A stretch of 58,112 nucleotides of DNA from Burkholderiales bacterium. GTDB lineage: Bacteria; Pseudomonadota; Gammaproteobacteria; Burkholderiales; SG8-39. Numbering within the stretch: position 1 is the first letter of the stretch; the number at the start of each line of letters is the position of its first letter. Below, piece after piece: positions 33,308 to 44,140 of this stretch. The notes under the pieces are model-generated. The model saw nothing but the letters and a program-made list of their open reading frames with translations, was not told the origin of the DNA and did no database searches. Made by a program: the position numbers and the translations under genes. The DNA lies in NCBI GenBank assembly GCA_035525655.1, contig DATLDY010000292.1:1-58112 (forward strand), given 5' to 3'.

Positions 33308-33517
33308 TTGCTCTTAAAGGACATGGCGACCAAGCTCGACAAACCCCTGCGACGAGAGCTCACCCTCGATGGCGAGGCCTACATGGTGACGATCAGCCCC
33401 GACGGGCTGAAGATCGTGCCGAAAGGCAAGCGCAAGGGACTTGAGCTTGCGTGGAAAGCGCTGATCAGCGGGGAAGCGGCGCTCGCCACGGCGCTGAATG
33501 CCTCGCTCGAGCGCTAG
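33308..33517 (+). CDS. small hypothetical protein (64-69 aa)
   Basis: ORF MLLKDMATKLDKPLRRELTLDGEAYMVTISPDGLKIVPKGKRKGLELAWKALISGEAALATALNASLER. Start is TTG 33308 or ATG 33323. It has coding-like composition and is packed between mug (3-nt gap) and the next gene (20-nt overlap). I recognise no family. Confidence 0.45.
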   Translation: MLLKDMATKLDKPLRRELTLDGEAYMVTISPDGLKIVPKGKRKGLELAWKALISGEAALATALNASLER

Positions 33518-34115
33518 CCCTCGCGACCTGCACGGCAGCGCGCCCGACGACTCGCGGGTCGTGCTGCTCGTCATCGACATGATCAACGCCTTCGACTTCG
33601 AAGGCGCGAAGGCGATGCTGCCGCGGGCGCTCGCGGCGGCGAAAGCCGTTGCACGCCTCAAGGCGCGGGCAAGGCTGGCCGGGATCCCAACGGTGTACGT
33701 CAACGATAACTTCGGCCGCTGGCGCTCCGATTTCCACGAGCTGCTGGACCATTGCCTGCGCTCGCCGGGCCGCAACATCGCGCGAATGCTCGAGCCACAG
33801 CCGGAGGATTATTTCGTCCTGAAGCCCAAGCATTCGGGCTTCCAGTTCACCACGCTCGACGTCTTGCTCGAGCACCTGGGGGCGGAGACGCTCATCCTGA
33901 CCGGCGTGGCGGGAAATTTCTGCGTTCTTTTCACAGCGCACGATGCGTACATGCGCGACTATCGCGTTGTCGTGCCGCGCGACTGCATCGCTTCCCTCAC
34001 CAAGGACAATGACCGCTACGCGCTGACGCACCTGGCCGGCGTCACGAAGGCGGATGTGAGAGCGTCGGCAAAGGTGGACTTGCGCGCCCTAAAGGGCAGG
34101 AAAGCGAAACGCTGA
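33498..34115 (+). CDS. isochorismatase-family cysteine hydrolase
   Basis: 205 aa. LLVIDMINAF starts the fold. It also has KPKHSGF and the catalytic Cys context LTGVAGNFCVLFTAHDA. Confidence 0.85.
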   Translation: MPRSSASPRDLHGSAPDDSRVVLLVIDMINAFDFEGAKAMLPRALAAAKAVARLKARARLAGIPTVYVNDNFGRWRSDFHELLDHCLRSPGRNIARMLEPQPEDYFVLKPKHSGFQFTTLDVLLEHLGAETLILTGVAGNFCVLFTAHDAYMRDYRVVVPRDCIASLTKDNDRYALTHLAGVTKADVRASAKVDLRALKGRKAKR

Positions 34116-34116
34116 G

Positions 34117-34890
34117 CTACTGCTCGAGCTTCTTGTAGACGAGATTGGCGAGCTTCAGCAGCTCGTCCTTGTTGAGGTCCGCCGAGGCGAGCGCGTAGCC
34201 GATCTCGCGGTCGATCCAGTAGAACACGCCGACGTTGTTCTCGCGCGCGTAGCGGAACGCGGTCTCGCGGTTGCGCGCGGCTTCCGTGCGCACATAAAGC
34301 GTCAGACGGCGCCCGGTCGGCGTCTGGTACATGAACTGCGCCACGGGACCGTTCTCCCCCGGCAGCAGGCGGCCGCCGACAAGCGCCATACCGGCTTCGT
34401 CGAGTTGCGGCGCGCGCAGCTTCACACCGACGCGTTTCGACAGCCACGCCACGAGATGCTGCTCGTCATCGGCGCCCACCTCCACCGGATGGCGCACCTC
34501 GGGCGAATACGTGGCGTGCGCGATTGCCGCGCGGCGCGCGATGAGCGCGCTATCGGTTGGCGCCTGCGTGACCACGCGCTCGGGGCGCAATTGCCAGCCG
34601 GCCGGCGCACCGATCGCAACCCCGAGCACGATCCAGCCAACCGCCGCGGCAAGGCGCCGCACCGGGATGCGCCGCGACGCGGCGCGCGCGAGCCGCTCGG
34701 GCACCGGTTCCGAAATCATCGTGTCGTAGGCGGCGCGCACTTCCTGCGCCAGACGCCGGTAGGCAGCGATGCGTTCCGCCTCATCCGGACGCGTCGCCAG
34801 CCACGCCTCGACGAAGGCCCGCCGCGGCTCGGACAACCTGCCGTCGGCGTAAGCCTGCAGGTCGCCTTCGGTGATGGGGGTCTCGATCAC
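34117..34890 (-). CDS. anti-sigma factor (single-pass membrane protein)
   Basis: ORF 34117..35277 trimmed to GTG 34890, a GTGA overlap with the sigma stop. N-terminal anti-sigma helix region DLQAYADGRLSEPRRAFVEAWL, a TM segment LAAAVGWIVLGVAIGAPAGW, and a periplasmic domain of about 150 aa. Confidence 0.8.
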   Translation of the reverse strand: MIETPITEGDLQAYADGRLSEPRRAFVEAWLATRPDEAERIAAYRRLAQEVRAAYDTMISEPVPERLARAASRRIPVRRLAAAVGWIVLGVAIGAPAGWQLRPERVVTQAPTDSALIARRAAIAHATYSPEVRHPVEVGADDEQHLVAWLSKRVGVKLRAPQLDEAGMALVGGRLLPGENGPVAQFMYQTPTGRRLTLYVRTEAARNRETAFRYARENNVGVFYWIDREIGYALASADLNKDELLKLANLVYKKLEQ

Positions 34891-35393
34891 TTGACGACTT
34901 TCAGCTTCGCGCTTACCGGCTGGCCGAGCATCATGGTGCGCAGCTTCTCGCGTGCGCGGGATAGGCGCGACATCACGGTGCCGATCGGGATGCCGAGCGC
35001 GCGCGCCACATCGTCGTAGCTCATCTCCTCCAGCGTGACCAGGAGCAGCACGGCACGCTGGTCTGCCGGCAGACGGGCGATTGCGCGATCGAGATCGCGT
35101 ACCAGGAGCCCATCGGGCTGCCCCTGCCCCTGCGGCTGCGCGAGCTCCGGCATGTCGTCCTCGAGGGGATCGGTGGGTCGAGAGGCGCGGATACGGTTGA
35201 CGTGTACGTTGTGCATGACTGTAAAGAGCCAGGCGCGCAGGTCGGTGCCGCGGCGGTAGAGGTGCAGCTTCGCCCATGCTCGCTCGAGCGTGTCCTGCAC
35301 GAGATCGTCGGCCGTGGTCCGATCTCCGACGAGTGCCCGCGCATACCGGCGCAGGCGTGGAATCAACTCGACCAGGCGCTTGGCTTCTTCCAT
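34887..35393 (-). CDS. ECF (sigma-70 family) RNA polymerase sigma factor
   Basis: 168 aa. Region 2 DDLVQDTLERAW...WLFTVMHNVHVNRIR. Region 4 LPADQRAVLLLVTLEEMSYDDVARALGIPIGTVMSRLSRAREKL. A GGGAGG SD sits 10 nt upstream of the ATG. Confidence 0.92.
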   Translation of the reverse strand: MEEAKRLVELIPRLRRYARALVGDRTTADDLVQDTLERAWAKLHLYRRGTDLRAWLFTVMHNVHVNRIRASRPTDPLEDDMPELAQPQGQGQPDGLLVRDLDRAIARLPADQRAVLLLVTLEEMSYDDVARALGIPIGTVMSRLSRAREKLRTMMLGQPVSAKLKVVK

Positions 35394-35426
35394 GGGAAAC
35401 AGACCTCCCGAGCCGGCTATTCCACG

Positions 35427-36284
35427 CTATTTCGGCTCATCGGGCAATGCTGGGACGGTTTTCAGGTACGTAATCAGCGCTGCGAGGTCGGCAGCCGTTA
35501 GCTGGCTCGTCGTGTTGCGCACGACTTCGGCCATCGTTTCGCCCATCACGTCGCCATCGGGGAAAAGGCCCGATTGCAGGATGTCCTTCAGCTCGCCGTC
35601 GCCGTACTTCTTCAGGCGTGCGGACGTAATGTTCGGCGCGTTCGTGCCTTCGCCCAGTTTCGCGCCTCCGAGATAGCGGTGCTTCTTCGGACCGCCGAGC
35701 CAGTTGCGCGGCGTATGGCATTCCCCGCAGTGGCCGAGCGCGTCGGCGAGATAGGCGCCGCGGCTCGCTTCGGCATTGGCCTTCGGGTCGGGCGCTATCG
35801 GTCCTGGCGAGAAGAACAGCCACTTCCAGAAAAAAACGAGAACCCGCCAGCGGTAAAGGATGCCTAGATCGTGCGGCTGGCTGGGTTGCGCGCTCGGCTT
35901 GAGGGCGCGCAGATACGCCCAAAGGTCGCGCAGGTCTGCATCTCCGATACGCGTGAACGAAGCATAGGGGAACGCCGGAAAGTAATGCGCCCCGTCGGGT
36001 CGGCGGCCTTCGCGCATCGCGCGGACGAAATCGACCTCCGACCAGGCGCCGATGCCGGCCTGCGGATGCGGCGTGATGTTCGGGCCGTAGAAGGTGCCGA
36101 AGGGCGTTTTCAGCGCGCGGCCGCCGGCGTACGGCGCGGCGTCCTTGCGCGCCTCCGTGTGGCACCCCACGCAACCGCCCGCCTTGGAGAGATACTCGCC
36201 GCGCTTCGCGTCGCCTTGAGCGAGCGCGAGCGAAGTCCAGAGGATAAAAAAAAGCCCCGACAGCGCGGGGCTTCTCACAAGCAT
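35427..36284 (-). CDS. dihaem c-type cytochrome
   Basis: 285 aa. Signal peptide MLVRSPALSGLFFILWTSLALA. Two CXXCH sites (CVGCH, CGECH). Confidence 0.88.
   Translation of the reverse strand: MLVRSPALSGLFFILWTSLALAQGDAKRGEYLSKAGGCVGCHTEARKDAAPYAGGRALKTPFGTFYGPNITPHPQAGIGAWSEVDFVRAMREGRRPDGAHYFPAFPYASFTRIGDADLRDLWAYLRALKPSAQPSQPHDLGILYRWRVLVFFWKWLFFSPGPIAPDPKANAEASRGAYLADALGHCGECHTPRNWLGGPKKHRYLGGAKLGEGTNAPNITSARLKKYGDGELKDILQSGLFPDGDVMGETMAEVVRNTTSQLTAADLAALITYLKTVPALPDEPK
36246..36273 (-). terminator. intrinsic terminator-like hairpin plus U-tract inside the first 39 nt of the dihaem cytochrome CDS
   Basis: Minus strand reads AAGCCCCG-CGCUGU-CGGGGCUU followed by UUUUUU. It begins 18 nt after the cytochrome c' stop codon and encodes residues RSPALSGLFFI of the next gene's signal peptide. 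Confidence 0.65.
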
Positions 36285-36290
36285 CTCGCG

Positions 36291-36749
36291 TTACTGCTTT
36301 GCGCGGAAGCTCTCGTGGCATCCGCCGCAGGTCTTGCCGACCGCGCCGATCTGGGCCTTCACCGCGGCTTCGTCGCCGCTCTGGGCCACCTGGTAAAGCC
36401 GGCTCGCCTCGTTCTCGAGGCGGCTCCCCGCCTCCTTGAACTTGGCCTGGTCGGTGAACGCCGCGGGTAGCGCTGCGCTCTTGATGTCCTTCGTGCTCGG
36501 ATCGAACCCGTCCCATGCCATGCGGCTGAGGTTGTCCAGAAACGCGGCATTGCGCTTAACCACGTCGGCGTTGTAGGGCACCTTGCCTTGTGCCATCCCG
36601 GCCATCGGGCCGAAATACTTGCCCTGCAGCGTCATCACCGCCTGGCGTTGCTTCACCAAAGTCTCGGGCTTCGCTTGCGCGAAGGCGGCGCCTGCCGCGA
36701 AACCGAGCGCCAAGGCCACCACCGCTGCCAAACCGCTTCTTTTCATCAA
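36291..36749 (-). CDS. cytochrome c' (class II c-type cytochrome)
   Basis: 152 aa with a signal peptide. It has a four-helix-bundle type sequence with a single haem site near the C-terminus (KTCGGCHESFR). Confidence 0.9.
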   Translation of the reverse strand: MMKRSGLAAVVALALGFAAGAAFAQAKPETLVKQRQAVMTLQGKYFGPMAGMAQGKVPYNADVVKRNAAFLDNLSRMAWDGFDPSTKDIKSAALPAAFTDQAKFKEAGSRLENEASRLYQVAQSGDEAAVKAQIGAVGKTCGGCHESFRAKQ

Positions 36750-36797
36750 CGTCTCCTAGAGGGGGTACCTGCGAGAGAACACCGGGCGGCGCGCACT

Positions 36798-36814
36798 ATT
36801 CCCATTCCATTCCA
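36798..36814 (-). promoter_or_regulatory. three tandem GGAAT units upstream of cytochrome c' (candidate promoter -35 element or regulator site)
   Basis: Minus strand reads TGGAATGGAATGGGAAT, 48-64 nt upstream of the cytochrome c' ATG and 3 nt after the cytochrome c4 stop. The function is not established. Confidence 0.3.
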
Positions 36815-36817
36815 GAG

Positions 36818-37432
36818 TCAGCGCAACCCCGCTGCATATTCCGCCACCGCGCGGATCTGGCGATCGTTCATGCGCGCCGCTACGCCGCGCATCATGCTGC
36901 TGGCGTCATTACTGCGCTTGCCTTCACGAAAAGCCGTGAGTTGCGCGGCCAGGTACTCGGCGTACTGGCCGGCGAGGCGCGGGTACTGGGCGGGCATGCC
37001 GGCGCCCGCAGGGCCATGGCACCCGGCGCACGCCGGGACTCCATTGGCGGCATCGCCGCCGCGCCAGAGTTTCTGGCCGAGCGCAGCCTGCTCCTTGTCG
37101 GCCGCAGCCGCGGGCTTGAGCGCCTGACCGGCATAGAAGGCGGCAAGGCCCTTCATGTCGGCCTCGGAAAGGTTCGCCACCATGCCATTCATGATCGGGC
37201 TCTCGCGCCGCGGCTTCTTGCCGCCGGCGGCCTTGAAGTCGCGCAGCTGCTTATGCAGGTAATCGGCGCCTTGGCCGGCGATCTTCGGGTTGGCAGGTGC
37301 CGTGCCGTTGCCGTCCGGCGCGTGGCAGGACGCGCACACCTGGGCGGCAATGCCTGGGGCTTTGTCCTGCGCGACTGCCATGCCGCACACTCCCAACGCG
37401 ATTGCCGCAGCGAGCGCCGTTGCGCGATCCAT
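36818..37432 (-). CDS. cytochrome c4 (dihaem)
   Basis: 204 aa with a signal peptide. Two class-I haem sites (CASCH, CAGCH), each followed by a Met-containing region. Divergent from engB. Confidence 0.9.
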   Translation of the reverse strand: MDRATALAAAIALGVCGMAVAQDKAPGIAAQVCASCHAPDGNGTAPANPKIAGQGADYLHKQLRDFKAAGGKKPRRESPIMNGMVANLSEADMKGLAAFYAGQALKPAAAADKEQAALGQKLWRGGDAANGVPACAGCHGPAGAGMPAQYPRLAGQYAEYLAAQLTAFREGKRSNDASSMMRGVAARMNDRQIRAVAEYAAGLR

Positions 37433-37485
37433 TCCCCATCCCCGAAAGGCGAAAGGCGCGATTTTATTAGAATTTCCCGCCTCCC

Positions 37486-38073
37486 ATGACGCTGTTCGCT
37501 AATGCCGCGTTTCTGCGCGCTGCCGGGCGCATTGCCGACCTGCCGCCCCCCGGGCCGGCCGAGGTCGCCTTCGCAGGGCGCTCGAATGTCGGCAAGTCGA
37601 GCGCGATCAATGCGCTCACAGGGCGACGAGCGCTTGCACGCACCAGCAAAACGCCCGGCCGTACCCAGACCATCAACTTCTACAGCCTTGGCGATGACGC
37701 CCGCTTCGTTGACCTCCCCGGGTACGGTTTTGCGCGCGTGCCGCAATCGATGCGCGACGCCTGGCGCGAACTGGTCGGTGCGTACTTGCGCTCCGCCCAG
37801 ACGCTGGTCGGCGTCGTCATCATCATGGACGCTCGCCATCCCCTGACGCCGCTCGACATGCAGCTCATCGCATGGCTGGGAGAGATGCCCCGGCACGTGC
37901 TGCTTTCCAAAGCCGACAAGCTCTCGCGTCGCGAGCAGGCCTCGCTCATGGGCGACGTCGAGCAGCGGCTCGGTCGCCATGGCGCGACACTTTTTTCCAG
38001 CGTAACGCGACAAGGCGTAGAGGAATGCAAAGGCCTGCTGGAGCGATGGCTCCAAGCAGGCCGGCGAGAATAA
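37486..38073 (+). CDS. engB: ribosome biogenesis GTP-binding protein YihA/YsxC
   Basis: 195 aa. G1 motif GRSNVGKSSAIN, then TPGRTQ, DLPGYG and SKADK. Confidence 0.93.
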   Translation: MTLFANAAFLRAAGRIADLPPPGPAEVAFAGRSNVGKSSAINALTGRRALARTSKTPGRTQTINFYSLGDDARFVDLPGYGFARVPQSMRDAWRELVGAYLRSAQTLVGVVIIMDARHPLTPLDMQLIAWLGEMPRHVLLSKADKLSRREQASLMGDVEQRLGRHGATLFSSVTRQGVEECKGLLERWLQAGRRE

Positions 38074-39825
<1,752 letters not shown>

Positions 39826-39848
<23 letters not shown>

Positions 39849-41553
39849 GCGTCTTCAGGAAACGTTCCGGCGGCTGGTAGCCGATGACGCGCAGTCCTGG
39901 AATCTCGCGCCCCTGCGCGTCGAAGAAAATGATTCCGGGCGGTCCGAAGAGCGAGAAACGCTTGAGAAGCGCGCGATGCGACTCGGTGTTCGCCGTGACG
40001 TCGGCTTGCAGCAGTAGCATGCCCGCCATCTGCCCCCGTACGCGCGCATCGGAGAAGGTGTAGCGCTCCATCTCCTTGCACGACACGCACCAGTCGGCAT
40101 AGAAGTCCAGCATCACGGGGCGTGCGGCGGCTTGCACCTTCTCGTCGAGCTCGGCGCTGGATGCGACTCGCGTCCAAGGCGTGGCGGGCAACTCTGGCTG
40201 CGCCTCTCCCAGCACTCCCGCGAGCGGGCGCAGCGGATCGCGGCTGCCGGCGAGGGCGCCGACGAGCATCGCCACGCCGATCACGAGCGCAATCACACCT
40301 GCGCCTTTCCATACGCGCGCCCAACCCGACACGCCCGCCGGCAGTGCGTCCAAGGCGCGCAGGAACACGCCCGAACCGATGAGCAGCGCCGCCCACGCGA
40401 ACATCTGCACTGCCGGCGCCAGGATCGGAGAAGCGATCCAGAGCGCCACCGCCAGGAGCAGCACGCCGAAAAACCTGCGCACGCCCTCCATCCAGGCGCC
40501 CGCCTTCGGAAGGAGCGCGCCCTCGGAGACGCCCATGACGACGAGGGGGATTCCCATACCCAGCGCCATCACGAACAGCGCCGATCCGCCGAGCACGACA
40601 TCGCGCGTCTGCGAGATGTAGAGAAGGGCGCCCGCCAGGGGCGCGGCGACGCACGGACTCACGATGACCGCGGAGAGCACGCCCATGGCGGCGACGGAGG
40701 CGATGCGCCCGCCTTTCAGGCTGCTATGTGCGCCATGCAGCCGGTGATGGATGAAGCCCGGCAGCCGCAGCTCGTAGAAGCCGAACATCGAAAGCGCGAG
40801 CGCGACGAACACCAGCGCAAAACCACCAAGCACCCACGCGTTCTGCAGCGCCGACGCAAGCAAGGTGCCGGAAAAGCCGGCGGCGACGCCGGCTACGGCA
40901 TAAGCCACGGCCATGCCGAGCACGTAAGCGAGCGAAAGCGCGAGCGCCTGCAGCTTGTTCGTCTCGCGCCCCTCTCCCGCGATGATGCTGGACAGGATCG
41001 GGATCATCGGCAGCATGCACGGCGTGAACGCGAGAAGCAGCCCGAAGGCGAGAAAGCTCCCCAGCACCAGAACCACGCTGCCTTCGAAAAGGCGGGCGAT
41101 GTCCGTATCGGCGGAGAAGACGGATGTTCGCGTCGCCGACCCTGTCGCCCCGGTTGTCTGCAGGCTGGCGACGGAATCCATGGGCACGTAGCACACGCCG
41201 ACGTCCGCGCAACCCTGCGACGTGACCTTTAGGTCGAAGCGGCCCGCGCCCTCTACCGGAATGCGGATGGCGACCTGCTTGCGGTAGGTCTCGACGGAGC
41301 CGAAGAACTCGTCCTTGTGCGGGATGCCGCGCGGCAGCTCGGGCGCCCCGAGGCGGATGGCGGGATTGCCGTCGGCGCTGAACTTGAACCGCTCCCGGTA
41401 GAGGTAGTACCCATCGGCGATGGCGAAATGCACCTCGATCGCCTGGTCGTCGACCAGCCGCGCGGAAAACCGGAAGGCCTTTTCCGGCTCCAGCAGGTCC
41501 GCGGCGCTGGCGCTTGCCGCCAGCAAACACGCAATGAGACAAAGAACCCGCAT
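39826..41553 (-). CDS. dsbD: thiol:disulfide interchange protein DsbD
   Basis: ORF trimmed to ATG 41553 (MRVLCLIACLLAASASA signal peptide), an ATGA overlap with cutA. It has an N-terminal DsbD-alpha domain, a TM core (FTPCMLPMIP, VSPCVAAPL) and a C-terminal thioredoxin fold (FYADWCVSCKE). Confidence 0.93.
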
Positions 41554-41870
41554 CAGCCCTTCGTCTCCGCGGCCACCCAATCCAGATAGGCCGGCAAGCC
41601 GCGCTCGACCGGGAGCGCGATGATTTCCGGCAGCTCGTAAGGATGCCCCGCGCGCAACGCCTGCTCGAGCGCCGCATAACGCTCGGTGGTCGTCTTGATG
41701 AGCAGCGGATGCTCTTCGTCGTGCTGCACGGCGCCCTTCCATCGGTAAACGGAGTGACACGGGGCAAGGATGTTCACGCAGGCGGCGAGATGCTGTTGCA
41801 CCACGATGTCCGCCAGCCGCTCGGCCGCAGCGCGGTCGGGGAGGTTAGTCAACACCAATAGCGTGCTCAT
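41553..41870 (-). CDS. cutA: divalent-cation tolerance protein CutA
   Basis: 105 aa. LAACVNILAPCHSVYRWKG...YELPEIIALP matches the CutA1 family. The cutA-dsbD order is classical. Confidence 0.9.
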   Translation of the reverse strand: MSTLLVLTNLPDRAAAERLADIVVQQHLAACVNILAPCHSVYRWKGAVQHDEEHPLLIKTTTERYAALEQALRAGHPYELPEIIALPVERGLPAYLDWVAAETKG

Positions 41871-42678
41871 GGGCCAGGCCTTCTCGGACGGTCGGGTAGC
41901 GTAGCCGAAGGCGCAGCACGCTCTTCATGCGCCGGTTGTCGAGCCTGCGCGACTCGTTCATGAAGCTCAACGCGTCGGCGGAGACGTGGTCGGCGATCAC
42001 GCTCCTCGGCAGGCGCGGCGGCTTCGGCAACCGGGCGTGCTCGGCGACCAGGTCCATCCAGTCGCCCATGCGGATCTCGCTGTCGTCGCTGATGTTATAG
42101 ACCCCTGCAGGCGCATCCTGTTCCAGGGCACGCGCCGCGGCCGCCGCCAGGTCATCGGCGTGAATGTGGTTGGTGAAGACATCGTCCTCCGCTCGCAGCA
42201 CCGGCGTGCCGGCATGCAGACGCTCCACGGGCAAGCGGTCGCCAGCATAGATGCCGGGTGCGCGCAGAATGACCAACGGTACGCCGCGCTGCGCACACCA
42301 CCGCTCGAGCCGGCGCTCGGCGTCCACGCGCCGGCGCGCACGGCCTGTTTGGGCATTCAAGGGGCGCGACTCGTCGACGAGCGCTCCGCCGCAGTCGCCG
42401 TAGACGCCGCTCGTGCTGATGTAAACGAATCGCGAGGGCGGATTTCCCGCACGGTCGAGCGCCGCAAGGAGATTGGCGGTGCGCACATCGGTTTCGCCCG
42501 ACGCAGGTGGCGGCGCGCAATGCAGCACCGCGTCGGCGCGTGCCAGCTGCAGCGTCGCCGGCCGATCGAGGTCCAGCCCGTCACGGCGCGAAAGGCGGCA
42601 GACCTCGAAGCGCGGTGCGAGGAGCGGCAGCGCGCGACGCGCTATGTCTCCGAACCCGGCGATGAGCAGGCGATCCAT
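41845..42678 (-). CDS. NAD-dependent epimerase/dehydratase-family (extended SDR-like) oxidoreductase
   Basis: 277 aa. It begins with a degenerate Rossmann start LLIAGFGDIARRA, and also has YISTSGVYG and a Y..AK-like region. Family-level call only. Confidence 0.65.
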   Translation of the reverse strand: MDRLLIAGFGDIARRALPLLAPRFEVCRLSRRDGLDLDRPATLQLARADAVLHCAPPPASGETDVRTANLLAALDRAGNPPSRFVYISTSGVYGDCGGALVDESRPLNAQTGRARRRVDAERRLERWCAQRGVPLVILRAPGIYAGDRLPVERLHAGTPVLRAEDDVFTNHIHADDLAAAAARALEQDAPAGVYNISDDSEIRMGDWMDLVAEHARLPKPPRLPRSVIADHVSADALSFMNESRRLDNRRMKSVLRLRLRYPTVREGLAHEHAIGVD

Positions 42679-42687
42679 GCCGGTATT

Positions 42688-43369
42688 TTATTCGCCGAGG
42701 TAAGCCTCGCGGACGCGGGGGTTGTCGAGCAGCGCGCGCCCTTCGCCGGTGAGCGTGATCGCGCCCGATTCCATGACATAGCCGCGGCTGGACATCTCGA
42801 GCGCAAGCCGCGCGTTCTGCTCGACGAGGAGGATGGTCACGCCCTGTGCGGCGATGTCCTGCACGACTTCGAAAATGCGCGTGACCATCATCGGCGCGAG
42901 GCCCATCGAGGGCTCATCGAGCAGGAGGAGCTTCGGTTTCGTCATCAGGGCGCGCGCCAGCGCCAGCATCTGCTGCTCGCCGCCGGAGAGCGTGCCGGCA
43001 ACCTGCCGCCGACGCTCCGCGAGGCGCGGAAAGCGCTCGTATTGCGCCGAGGCGTCGCCGCCGCCCTGCGCGTAGGCGCCCATCGCGAGGTTCTCCTCGA
43101 CCGTGAGCTGCGCGAAGATGCCGCGGCCCTCGGGCACCATGACGAGGCCTTTGCGCGGCAGCTCGTGGACGGCGGCGCGGCTTATGTCTTCGCCGGCGTA
43201 GTGCACGCTGCCGCTGCGCGATGGGACGAGCCCGCAGATCGCCTTGAGCGTGGAGGTCTTGCCGGCGCCGTTGGCGCCGATCAGGCAGACCAGCTCGCCT
43301 TCGGCGACCTCGAGGTCGACCCCCGCGACGGCCCGGATGCCTCCGTAGTGCACCTCGAGCTGGCGAACT

Positions 43370-43380
<11 letters not shown>
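42688..43380 (-). CDS. livF: branched-chain amino acid ABC transporter ATP-binding protein
   Basis: 230 aa. GANGAGKTSTL, LSGGEQQMLALARAL, LLLLDEPSMGL. Confidence 0.9.

Positions 43381-44136
<756 letters not shown>

Positions 44137-44140
<4 letters not shown>

Noticed and set aside
35394-35426. GGAAT-N15-TCTGT upstream of the ECF sigma gene as an autoregulated ECF promoter.
   Set aside because: The putative -10 would lie only 6 nt from the ATG, and the intervening GGGAGG is better explained as the Shine-Dalgarno sequence.
37433-37485. Tandem GAAAGGC GAAAGGC in the cytochrome c4/engB divergent spacer.
   Set aside because: There are only two 7-nt copies. I cannot distinguish this from chance and see no supporting context.
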